In this document: piece after piece, positions 23,926 through 36,639 of the stretch
Numbering within the stretch: the first letter of the stretch is position 1
Layout of the letters: every line of letters begins with the position of its first letter
Assembly: GCF_001194135.2 (NCBI RefSeq)
Contig: NC_068981.1
Location: forward strand, 20,878,042 to 20,942,041
DNA: 64,000 nucleotides
DNA from: Octopus bimaculoides
Taxonomy: Eukaryota
Direction: 5' to 3'
Notes under the pieces: generated by a model
Told to the model about the DNA's origin: nothing
Database searches by the model: none
The model's input: the letters and a program-made list of their open reading frames with translations, nothing else
Made by a program: the position numbers and the translations under genes

Positions 23926-25329
23926 TATTCTCAAAATTACCTTCCACCATAAACCAAGTTATTCAATCTCACATTATTTATAGGTAATTACACTTGGAAT
24001 TGGGTAACTAAATCCTTTTCCATCCCTAGAGGGAAAACTATTCAGTCTATTTCAAATTGCATGAAAACCATCACTGATGACCATATGCTATAATAATTAA
24101 CCATACTGGTTCAATGACAAAAGTACACCAAGGAGAAGGTATAAAGTGTGAAGAAATCTCTTGGTGACTGTCACACCAACCTTCGACAGTAGCCTATCAA
24201 AGATTCCATTAGAGGATCCTAGTGATAGGGGAGGAAATGTGGAGTGGATAGTTTCTTAAAGTTAGAACAGAGGAAGTAAAATATAAAAGAGTGGGTGGTA
24301 GAGTGTAAATAGATCAAAATCAGTTGAAATGGGAAGAGGGTAATGAAGACCAGATGAAGTGAGAATGCAAAGCAAGATATGGACAGAAGGACACATACAC
24401 AAGCGAAGTGGAAAAAGAAATAGAACAGCTAGCAGAGGAATAAGATATATATAAAGAGTGGCCAATTTGTGAAAAATATAGAGGTTGTAAAGAATAGGAA
24501 TTACAACATAATTGTCTAGAGAAGTGATGAGCAAAAAAGTATAGTAGTCTGTGGTAAGTGTTAGGGAAGATAGGACAGAAATGAGGGCTAGAACATACAA
24601 ACTTCACATCACAGACTGGGATCATTACAAACTCTACCACCCTCTTCTTTAAATTTTACTCTCTCCTCCATTATGGGTGATATATATATATATATATCTA
24701 TCATCATCATCATCGTTTAATGTCCATTTTCCATGCTAGCATGGGTTGGGCAATTTGACTGAGGACTGGCAGACCAGAAGGCTGCACCAGGCTCCAATCT
24801 GATCTGACAGAGTTTCTACAGCTGGATGCCCTTCCTAATGCCAACCACTCTGAGAGTGTAGTGGGTGCTTTTACGTGCCAGTCAGGCGGTACTGGCACTT
24901 CCTTCAGGTTGGGTAACCATGTATTTCCTTCGTGTTAGCGCACCTGTTACTGTCTTCATTCCTGATCTTTCTCTCTCTCTCTCCGGACAGGTAACCTTGT
25001 ACATCCTCTACGACAAGACACCTATTTCTGTCTCTCTGTCTCACTATAACCTTTCATCAGCTGACACAAGATCACCTCCTCCAATGCCCACTCCCCTCTT
25101 GAGAGTTTTATTTTGTCATGCAAGTACTTGGTGACCCTGTCAGTGCATCCAGCTGTAAAAATCTTGCCAAAACTGACCTCGCCTGTGCTTGTGCCATGTA
25201 AAAAGCACTAAGCCCACTCTGCTGAGTGGTTGGTTTTAGGAAGGGCATCCAGCAGTAAAAATCCTGCCAAAACAGTCACAGAAGTTTGGTGCAGGCTCCT
25301 GCCTAGCTGGCTCTTGTCAAACTGTCCCA

Positions 25330-26050
25330 CCCATGCTAGCATGGAAGGCAGACGATGATTGACATGCGTTGGATGGTTTGACAGATGTACCAGGCTCCAG
25401 TTGTCTGTTTTGGCATGGTTTCTACAGCTGGATGCCCTACTTAAAGTCAATCACTTTACAGAGTGTACTGGGTGCTTTTTACGTGGCACTGGCACGGGTT
25501 CTTTATATGTGGCTCCCGCATGAGTGCTTACTATGTGGCACCAGCACAGGTGCTGTTTACATAGCACCAGCATGAGTGTTTTTATGCGGCATCAGCATGG
25601 GTGCATTTTATATGGCACCAGAACGGATGCTTTTTATGTGGCACCAGTATCTGTGAGCTTGCAATACAAGGACCTATCAGTTGAGAGCATAGCAGTGAAG
25701 GACATACCAGTATGTATGGATGGCCATGATTTTACTTAGCTTGATGTGTCTTCTCAAACACAGCAAATCACCAGAAGTCACAGTCCCTTGTCATCTCAGT
25801 GAGGCTCAATGTATGAAGATCTTTTCTCATCACTTTGTCCCATGTTTTCCTGGGTCTATCCCTTCCATAGGTTCCTTCACAATTAGAGATGGGCACTTTA
25901 TACAGCTGTCCTTAACCATATGCATCACATGACCATACCAGTGCAGTCTTCTCTTGTGCACACTACAACTAATGCCTCTTGCACCATCAGTGATGTTTCT
26001 GGGGTCTTAGGGAGTTTTTTTGGGTCTTTCAACATCAGACACCCTGGCCT
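25330..26050 (-). mobile_element. 5'-truncated RTE 3' fragment with expanded internal 26-nt repeat
   Basis: 25900-26000 is the reverse complement of the RTE C-terminal region near 3440-3500. 25473-25650 is a tandem array. Confidence 0.7.
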
Positions 26051-27319
26051 AGTTGACCCAGCTGGGGTTGAAGTCTCAGCTTACATCCTAGCAGTAGCAA
26101 ATCACTGGTCAGTCCTCTTTGTGCAAAGCTATCTAGTGGCCTTTACTGCATACACATTAATACAGTAGGAAGGAAGAGGTGAAAATAATGGTTATTTGGT
26201 CTGTAATTCAATCAAAATATGATGATGATTATCGTCTATGTTATGATGACATGAGTTGTACACTTAGCACTTTCAATGTAATATTTTTAATGACATTTGG
26301 TGAACCTTAACTTCAAGCCTTGTTTCCAGGATAATCTCTAATTAACATTTAATTAACATTTCTAAAGCACATTAAACTGTGTTAAGATTTATCTCTTGTA
26401 GTGAGTGACTTTATAAACAACGAAGTCAGTGGATTTACATATAAAATAGTTGAAGTACTGAATATAATTTGAGTGATAAGTTATTTCCTCTGTAATCCAG
26501 TGCACTTAGAAAAATTAGCAACAGTACTGTTTGATAGTTATTGATACTTCCAGCATGTTTGCAACAGATTCATTTGGCGGTGAGAACTTTGTTATCCCAC
26601 ATGTAAATAATGTTGGGATTTGTTTCATTATATATTTATCATAATTCTTTGTTCAAGAATACCCTATTAAATCATTTTCTTGTTGAAAAGTTTTGAAGAT
26701 GAAATTCTGAAGAAATAAAACATTTTGATCTTTTATTAATAATAGTTATGACAGTAACAATTTCCATTCCATAACTACATAGTGTATTGAGATTTCAAAT
26801 AAATGATATACAACACAATATTGAGTTAAAATGGCAGATAACACAAGTCTGTTATATTAAAACTCGTTGTAGTTTAATAGTAAGTGGAATATTCTCAATT
26901 AAGCATCACTAGGATCGTGGCAGTGTTTAGAATTAGAGTGACAATAATAGCAGACAATTATGGTCAAATAATAACACTACTCTTGTCTCACATACAATAA
27001 CATATTAGAGATCTAACACAGTCACAAATAAACACTATTATTGTGGCAGGTTTTTAAGCTAACATTTAAGACCTAACACACACGTGATTGTTTTAATTAA
27101 ATGCTACACAGCTACATATCTAACAGAATTAACAATTAACAATCAAGTCCATCTAAACTTGGAAATAACCTATTTTACTAATGTAATGACAATATTTGTT
27201 GGCTTATGCACTCTACAGTGACCAAAATGCAGGCTTATCAAATATAGAATGAATCTATGACACAAATGATGCTCTCTGTTAAAAGGAAAATATAATTATG
27301 AAGAGCATTTATTTGTCAA

Positions 27320-28400
27320 GGAGAAAGCCTTTGGCAGACTCCCTTACTTTGTGATATTATGGTCACTGAGTAGACGAATAGTTTGTGAGGGCCATACAAG
27401 CCATGTATAAAGATGAAGTCAGCAAAGTAAATCTACAATGAATACAGTGATGAATTTAGTTGCCAAGTCTAACAGAGCTCAGTTTTCAGTCCCTTTCCAT
27501 TTATCATAGTCCTCTAGGCTATAACAGAAGATTTTAAGAGCAGTAGACCGTGGGAATTCCTATGTCCAGTGACCTAGTTCTTATACATTAATCTACAGTA
27601 GAATTACAGTAAAAAATCCAGATGCAGACGCAAAATATTGAATTGAGAGCTTTCAAAGTAAACTTAACAAAAACTAGAGTATCAGTAAGTATGAAAGAAA
27701 AATAGAATAGACAAGGATACCATATGGTGTAACTAGGGTAAACTATGAAATAAAGAGATGTGAAATTACAGGCAGGTGAACAGAGAAAGACTTTGTATGT
27801 GGCAAATATATGAAAGTAATAAAAACTAAAAACACAGGGAAAATAGATTCTCTCAAATGCTTAGAAGGTCTCCAAGAAGTACTCAATTGTTTCTGTTAGT
27901 TAGGTGAACTAATTAACAGCGGAGATGTCCTGAAAGTATAGCAACCAGAGTTAGAATGAGTCAGAGAAAGTCAAAGGAGCTACTACTTCTGTCAGTAACA
28001 AAGAGTTTTGTATGATGCATGTGTACGAAGTGTAATGTAGCATGGCTGTGAGATGTGGGGCTCTAAATGCAGAAGATTTGCAATGATTAGATTGAAATGA
28101 AATGAGCATGCTCTGCTGGATGTGTGACATCAATGTGCAAGAATGATACAGAACAAATGAGCTGAGAGAAAAAAATTGGACATGTGATGTGTAATGGAAG
28201 ATGACAGATGTATGAAAAATGTAGGACACTCAAAGTGGATGGAACCCGTGGAAGAGGAAGACATGAAATGAAGCAGTGAAGACTGATTTCATGATGTTAA
28301 GCTTCATGGAGGAGATGACAAAGACTGGAGTGAATGGCGACATACAGTAATGGAGAAAACCTGCCCACCTGTGCAAACACAGTGAAATGGACATTAAAAA
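27320..28400 (+). mobile_element. Degenerate RTE LINE fragment
   Basis: Collinear similarity to 2490-3680 (gagaaagcctttg..., gccatacaagccatgta, ctgctggatgtgtgacatcaatgtgca). Confidence 0.75.
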
Positions 28401-28828
28401 TGGTGGTAGTGGTGAAGGGTGTGTAATTAAGAACTTTGCTATCCAGCCAAATAGTTTCAGGTTCAATTTCATTGCATGGCACATAGTGAGTTCTACTATA
28501 GCTCCAGAACAATTATAGCCCTCGAGTGAATTTGTTAGCTCATTAAAGATATGTGTGTGTGTCTTGCTTGTTTTTAATTTCCCATTAAAACATGTCTGGG
28601 CATGAGGAAATACTACCTTACTTGGAAACAGGTGAGAGTTGGTGACAGGAAGGGCATACAGCTATAGAAAATATGCCCCAAATTCCATGTGATATACGTA
28701 AACAGAGAAAAGTGAATCTTAAAACAACAAAGATATATATATATATATATATAAAATCATCATCATCATCATCATTTAACGTCCATTTTCCATGCTGGCA
28801 TGGTGGCATGGGTTGGACGGTTTGACTG

Positions 28829-29710
28829 NNNNNNNNNNNNNNNNNNNNNNNNNNNNNNNNNNNNNNNNNNNNNNNNNNNNNNNNNNNNNNNNNNNNNNNN
28901 NNNNNNNNNNNNNNNNNNNNNNNNNNNNNNNNNNNNNNNNNNNNNNNNNNNNNNNNNNNNNNNNNNNNNNNNNNNNNNNNNNNNNNNNNNNNNNNNNNNN
29001 NNNNNNNNNNNNNNNNNNNNNNNNNNNNNNNNNNNNNNNNNNNNNNNNNNNNNNNNNNNNNNNNNNNNNNNNNNNNNNNNNNNNNNNNNNNNNNNNNNNN
29101 NNNNNNNNNNNNNNNNNNNNNNNNNNNNNNNNNNNNNNNNNNNNNNNNNNNNNNNNNNNNNNNNNNNNNNNNNNNNNNNNNNNNNNNNNNNNNNNNNNNN
29201 NNNNNNNNNNNNNNNNNNNNNNNNNNNNNNNNNNNNNNNNNNNNNNNNNNNNNNNNNNNNNNNNNNNNNNNNNNNNNNNNNNNNNNNNNNNNNNNNNNNN
29301 NNNNNNNNNNNNNNNNNNNNNNNNNNNNNNNNNNNNNNNNNNNNNNNNNNNNNNNNNNNNNNNNNNNNNNNNNNNNNNNNNNNNNNNNNNNNNNNNNNNN
29401 NNNNNNNNNNNNNNNNNNNNNNNNNNNNNNNNNNNNNNNNNNNNNNNNNNNNNNNNNNNNNNNNNNNNNNNNNNNNNNNNNNNNNNNNNNNNNNNNNNNN
29501 NNNNNNNNNNNNNNNNNNNNNNNNNNNNNNNNNNNNNNNNNNNNNNNNNNNNNNNNNNNNNNNNNNNNNNNNNNNNNNNNNNNNNNNNNNNNNNNNNNNN
29601 NNNNNNNNNNNNNNNNNNNNNNNNNNNNNNNNNNNNNNNNNNNNNNNNNNNNNNNNNNNNNNNNNNNNNNNNNNNNNNNNNNNNNNNNNNNNNNNNNNNN
29701 NNNNNNNNNN
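28829..29710. other. Assembly gap (N run); smaller gaps at 5347-5356 and 52711-52803
   Basis: N characters. The first gap begins inside a family C repeat; the last is flanked by (TA)n. Confidence 1.
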
Positions 29711-32700
29711 AATATTTTGACAAATTAAATTTAAATGTTGAAGTGAATCTAACGGATTTTGTGTGTTATTTTAAATGGCTTATAAACACCTTCCACGCTG
29801 CAATTGTTATATATATATCATCATTTAGCACCCTGACATATGTTGGACCATACACACACATACCATCATGGGATAGGCAAAATCTTTGTGTATGTGCTTA
29901 TATACATATAAATAAGTACACATATAATTGGGTTTCTTTATCCAAAATGCTATTGTCAAGTCTACATCTGCTACATCCCCTGCCATTTTGACACTTTCTC
30001 ATCTCTCCACCAATTGTACTTCCTTCTCTTTACTGTATTAGTCTGCTGGTGTAACTAAGAATATCAGCCCCAATACCTCTTACCAACACCCTTTCAATAC
30101 TGCCAGTCATCATTCCTTCTCCTGAAAGCCACTAGTCTCTCTTGCCTCAATAGCTCTGTTTCTACTATAATTTTGTAACCTTTGCCCCACCATATTTTTG
30201 CTCATCACTCACTCACTCTATTCAACTTCTCAGATATAGACATGTATAGGGTGAAAAGACAAATAATAGAGTCATTTGTGTGTCGCACAGAAAGCTTTGT
30301 GGTATTTGTTCTAATGATTTGAATTCCAAGCTAAAATCCCACTGAAATCAACTTTACCTTTCATATTTTAAGGGTAGACAAAAAGGTACCAATCCAAGAC
30401 AGTGAAGTGGTGAAACTGTAAGAACATTGAACTGGGTGCCTTGTGGTATTTGTTTCAGTTTAATGCATTTTGAATTCAAATCCCATCATGGCTTATTTGG
30501 GTGGTAGATCTAACCTATCATCCATTTTAACACCACCACCTGGCATCTCTCTGTTGCAAGCATTCAAACCAGAAATCTGGTTTGAGAACACCTTTCTCCT
30601 TCCCACCAGTCTGGGAAGCCTTGTAATGGGTCATGGGCACTGCCTTCCTTCCTGGCAAAAAGAAAAAAGAACTTCACCATTGTTACAATAAAACTGACCC
30701 CCATATACTCTGTAAAGTGATTGACAAACAAGTATAGACAATGTAGGCTCAAGAGGATTCTTTCATTTTGCTAAGGACATACTGGTACTGGTGCTAAGGA
30801 CATCTCTGGTACTGGTGCTGCAATAAAATGTAGCCATTCACTTGGTAAAGTGGTTTATAAGAACATCTAGCCATAGTAACCAAGTTAAAGATTAAATGTA
30901 CAAGTGAGACATGGTTCTCTAACCCATCTGGGAGAACAGTAACTTTGAATAAGAACTACCTCAGCTCCTGATACTTGTCCAACTTATGCCAGTGTGGAAA
31001 GCAGACGAAATAATATGGAAGCTAAAAAAAGGAGTTCTAGAAGTTATAAAAATAAAGAACTGTCCTGAAAGTTAAGAACAGAAGAAAAAGTTGGAATTGC
31101 CATGGTTACCAGAAAGGTAGTTCAGTGTAAAACATCATCATCATCTTTAACGTCGGCTTTCCATGCTAGCATGGGTTGGACGATTTGATAGAGAACTGGT
31201 GAACCAGATGGCTACACCAGGCTCCAATCTGATTTGGCAGAGTTTCTACAGCTGGATGCCCTTCCTAACGCCAACCACTCAGAGAGTGTAGTGGGTGCTT
31301 TTACATACCACCGGCACAAAGGCCAGTCAGGCGGTACTGGCAACGGCCACGCTCAAAATGGTGTATTTTACGTGCCACCTGCACAAGAGTCAATCCAGCG
31401 GCACTGGCAACGATCTCGCTCGAATGTCTTACACGTGCCATCATGATTTTGCTTTCGCTTGCCCCACAATCTAATACTTTGTTACTTTCTGGAAGTTTCC
31501 TAAAAGTGGCAAAACTGTTCCAAACAGTCCACCTTAACAGCTGTTGATACTCCATATCACTGGAGTACTGTTCCCTTTCTTTTTGATGGGATGCTTCTTT
31601 TAATCATTGACATCAAAACTCAAATAACATCAAAACTCTTGGCTACCTAAGTTCTTCATCAGAAGGTATATTTTCTAAAAACACTAACCATAAGCATTTC
31701 AAACTTCCTATAACTGTCCCTAATTGTTAACTGAAACTGATCCAATTAACTCTTTCTCTATGTTATAAAAAAGTAAAAAAATGACTTCCCTTTGGGGCAG
31801 ATAGATCTATGTGCATGTGCCAGTTTTCTGATTCAAGAGAAATTTACATGAAGAAATGTAATACAAGTTGAAATAAATGTATGACCACCTTTTTATTGAG
31901 AACATGAATTTGAAATCAAGAAACAATATTTTTAGGTTAAATATAATGGATAAACAATGAAGATAAGTAATGTTGGGATGTTGAAATTCTGTAGATGTTA
32001 CACTGACGAAATATTTGCTGTTGATTAAAGAGAAGAAAGCAATGTTTTTTTCTTTTCTGAGAAAATGTAGTTGGTGAATGAGGTAACACTAAACATCTAT
32101 ATAACATTACACTGACGACGCTGGAGACTAATTCGAATGTTTTGATGAATGGAATTCAAATTTGTTTTGTTTCTAAAATTAAGAATTACTTTTAGATGAA
32201 TTAAAGCAGTGAATAATTGAAAACAATGGGAATTGAAGTAAATGATGGTAGAGGAGACATTGTTAGAGAAGGGTTGTTTAAAGTCACCAATTGTTTATTG
32301 GAGTTTTATCAAGAATAACACCTCCCAAACTTTTATTCACTATAGAACAATAAAATTTAAGATTTGGAGGATACATCATTTGTGCTCCGACATCAAGTGT
32401 ATTCTGTGAGATAATTTGATAACGATATATCAGAACTACTCAAAAGCTTTGTTAGACAAGACAGCAGAATAAAAACTGAATAAACCTGTAAACTCAAAAA
32501 CTCCCAGTTTAGTGTTAACATCATACCTGAAATTGCAATCATGGTAAATTCATTGTGAAAGACTAATAAAAAACCCACAGCCACCTTTTGCTCTGCAGAA
32601 ATGACAGGGGATAGTAATTCTAGAGTTATTGGAAGTGGTACTAGATTGATATCATATTTGATAACAGTAGTAATAGGATGTTGACAGTTTAATGTGATGA

Positions 32701-32968
32701 GATTTTCCAGGTTTTTTTTAAACAAAATACCACAGAAGATATGGATGGCTACATGAACAGTTGATATTCTCTCATTATCCTATTGATTTAGGTGTCTTTA
32801 AACTTTTCAGTAAAACCAATAAGTTGGACAGGAAACAGTTCTTACAACAAAAATGTCCTAAAGAGGTGATCAATACACAGAAATGACAGGAATCATCTAA
32901 CAAAGATGTCTGGAAAATAAAAGAATTTTTTTCTTTATATATAATTATGAATGTTTCTGAAAATGATG

Positions 32969-33107
32969 TCACATGAGATGCTGGGTAAAGGTAGACATGG
33001 TTTCTCCATATCCTTCAGAATGGTTTTTCGTCAAATTTTGCAGTATCTCCTGCATCAAGTCAATGCCGTACATGAGTTCTTGCACTACATACGCATCCAT
33101 CTGTTTT
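32969..33107 (-). CDS. Candidate terminal exon of an unidentified gene
   Basis: Strong acceptor (aattaattttcttttatgtttcag) then 45 open codons, KQMDAYVVQELMYGIDLMQEILQNLTKNHSEGYGETMSTFTQHLM, ending TGA. Retains CpGs. AATAAA downstream at 32332-32337 and 31892-31897 (- strand). Family not recognised. Confidence 0.5.
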
Positions 33108-33548
33108 CTGAAACATAAAAGAAAATTAATTGTTAGTGAGATTCAATGGTGATTGTAACCAAAGTGAACAAGAAATAAATACGATTCTATAGATGAATTT
33201 TAATTAATGTACTGAATTACAACAAAATTTTAAAAAATGACTTTTAAAAATATTATATTAAATATGAAAGGTAACAAGTTAGCCACAATATAGAAATTTG
33301 TTTAAGAGTATATGATTCTTCATTAAGTCTAATAATACACAACTTTATCCCCATCAACTCAATTTTGGTTCTTATTACACTTCATAATTTAATCTTGCTA
33401 ATTCTATCATTAATGCAGATGTGGATGCATCTGATAGCTGTCTGTACTGTAATCAAGAAGGCACTTAAGAACAGCCTTCCGGAAAAGGATCTAGATATAA
33501 AGAAGTGATAAGTTGGGTGGAAAAGTTATTAAGCTGTTAGCATATTAT

Positions 33549-33583
<35 letters not shown>

Positions 33584-36500
33584 TAAATATGTTATTAGAC
33601 TTTTGGGCATGACAATATTCTACATTACCTCAGTTCAACTAAAATAAGTAGTGACCTTTTCTGAGTAAACCCCCCACCCCACCTGTTACTAGCATGTTTT
33701 CCAGCTGAAAAATATGTCACCCAGAGATTTCGTAAAAAAAAATTACAAAAATACAGCCCATTTAACCAGGGGTGTCTACTGCTAACTCATAAAAGATGTA
33801 TTTCCAGACAATAATTGGTTTTACAATAAACAACACCAAGTTATGAGAAAATACCAGAAAATTTCTCTTGATTGACTTATAAAAACCACACACACACACA
33901 GACATTCTCCTTGAAAGGGTATGGAAAAGGTAGTAGTCTGACCCCAAAAAGACTATAAAGAAACAACCTGCAAATAAAGTTGTTTCTATTTTCTATATTT
34001 ATCTACTCAGTCATACATATAAATCTACTACTTAAATACTAGTTTTTAATAGTTAATTTCCAAACAAATGACATCACGCATATTAAACAAGTGTAAAGGA
34101 TGGACCCGTACATAAATGCATAAATCTGAAACTGAAATTCTTTGATATGTTCAAATTTAAATTTCATTATTTTTCAAACATTTCGAATTGAATCTCAATT
34201 TCAAAAGAAAACTCTGAAATTCGAATCTGATTTGAGCTATTAAAGATTAGTGGTGGTGATATAGTAGAGTTGGTGAGAATTCAAGTGAAGAGAAGGAAGA
34301 AATTGAACAAAGTTCAAAGGAGTTAGGAATAACGAGGATATCAAGAAACAAGTGCACAAAGTGGATTTAGGTGAAGACATGAAATGCATTCAACAAGTTT
34401 ACAAGAGCCAAAGGTCCCTAAGAGTAAACTTTTGAGCCTTGATTGCAAGTACCAGATGAGATTGGAGCCAATGTAGGTTTACCTCAGGAAGGATCAGTCA
34501 TTCAAAAATACACAACTCAATTGAAGAAAGCTTTTGGTAAGATATCAAAGAAACCATCTTATGTTACTATAGTGAAAAGAGCTAGAGGTGGGTGAGAATA
34601 AGATGGATATCAGAATACAGAACTAACATGGAGTTCTCTGGCCAGGTTGTACTGTTGTCTAGAGAATAAAAACGCCCTTAAGTGCAGCCACCTGAAAAAG
34701 GAATAGATTTTGCATAAAAATAAATTTTTGTAGATCATAGTGGTATATTTATTCTAATGTTCTTAAATTGTTAAAAAAGTTTCATTTAACATCCACTATT
34801 CCATACTAGTATGGGTTAAAAGAATATGCATTGTGCATAGTATAGTAGACAAGATATTGCACTTCCTATCACTAATCCTTATTTGCTTTCCAATAAGTCT
34901 TTTTTCACTTTATTCACCTTTGAATGCTGAGCTACAGGATGATTTGTTAGTGTGGAAATGTCAATGTTATTTTTTTGCTCAATGCTTTTCATGTGAGGAC
35001 ATGGAAGATTTAGCATGCACACAGATATGAGCTTCCAAGGCAATGGTCGGCCCAAGAAACAGTAGAAGACACTTGCTCAAAATGCCACTGCATATCATCT
35101 GGAACAAGCGAGACCAAGTGGTAACACAGCAAACTCTGTATTCACGCAGCCATAGTTAGGCTTATATTGATGATTATAATAAACATTTTCTGTATATTTA
35201 ATATAATTTTCTTTAATGTAGCCTTTAACTACAAAAAAGTTCCCCACTTATGGACAAAATTATTATTGTATATTATGAAAATTCTAAAAGTAGAGAAGAT
35301 TACTAGGACATTGTAAATACAATCTTAAAATAATTTCCTGTACACTATCATGAGGAAAATCAGGCGCAAGAATGGCCAATAGACACAAGTGTGACGATGT
35401 GGTTAAGAAGCTTGCTTTCTAATCATATAGTTTCAGGATCAATCCCACTGAACATCACTTTAGGCAACTGTCTTCTACAACAGTCCTGGGCTGACCAGTC
35501 TTTTGAGTGGATTTGGTAGACAGGAACTGAAAGAAGCCTGCCACACCATTAACATCATTTGTTGCCCATGTTCCATGGTGGCTTGGGTTGGACTGTATGT
35601 ATGTGTGTGTGTACTGTGTACCCTTGCCTTTACATCATGTGATGGTTGTCAACAAGCATCACTGTCATACAAATGATGTTTCCAGTCTTCCATGAAACAT
35701 GTTTGGCCATGGAGAAATATTACTTTTCATGGAAACAGGAAGGTTGGTGAGAGGAAGGGCATCCAGCTGTAGAAAATCTGCCTCAACAAATTCTGCTTGA
35801 TCTATGCAAGCATTGGAAAAGTGGACATTAAGTGATGATGATGATGATGACGACTGCCATGAGTATCCTCATTTAATGTCCATTTTTCTAAGCTAGTATG
35901 ATGGCTTTGTTGCAGTCTCTAATCATCTGATACACGCAGAGAAGAGAAGATTGGTAATCTGTTACTGTTGATTTTGTCCTTTTTTGCCTTTAACTATTAA
36001 TTTACAACTAAATGATATTTTACTGCCGGAACTGTTAAAACAGGAATTTAACTACAACAGTCTCAATGAAAGATCTACACATATAGGATGGTTTCTTTGA
36101 TATCTTACAGAATAACAACACTGGCAATTTTCCACTGTTCTAGAGATGAATGAAAGCACTATGCAAATATTATTAGTAAGAGGCAGTTAAGGTCGAGTGT
36201 AAACATATATTATTATCAGCTATTGAAATAACAGTGTATACAGATTAGGCAAAAGCAAAACAAATGTAAACTGATGGTGACAATGAAGGTACTTATTTTA
36301 CTGTCTAAAACTCATCAAATAAGTAATAGTAATGCTCTGGAGTTTACTTAAAAGTTTATAATTCTCCTCTTGGACAACCCTTTACAACACAATCTCTAGT
36401 TATCCTCTAAATGGTAGGAGACTAAAGGCCTTAAAGTATATAGGGTTTCCCTATTTTAATACTAATGAAAGGATTAATATAGAAGTGACAGATTATGTAG

Positions 36501-36639
36501 TAAGAGGAAAGTAACTTAAAGGATTTCTATCCTTCTCGAATACCATCAAAAACAGTTTGAAAGTGGTCATTATGGTAATAGTAAATATAATTGAATATTT
36601 TCCCAAATAGAAAATAATAACAATAACAACAACAAGCTT

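Noticed and set aside
28776-29991. Long ORFs of 306-399 aa
   Set aside because: Almost entirely N-gap translation.
32393-32725. 110-aa hydrophobic ORF on the - strand
   Set aside because: No recognisable domain or splice context; lies in the putative 3' UTR of the orphan exon.
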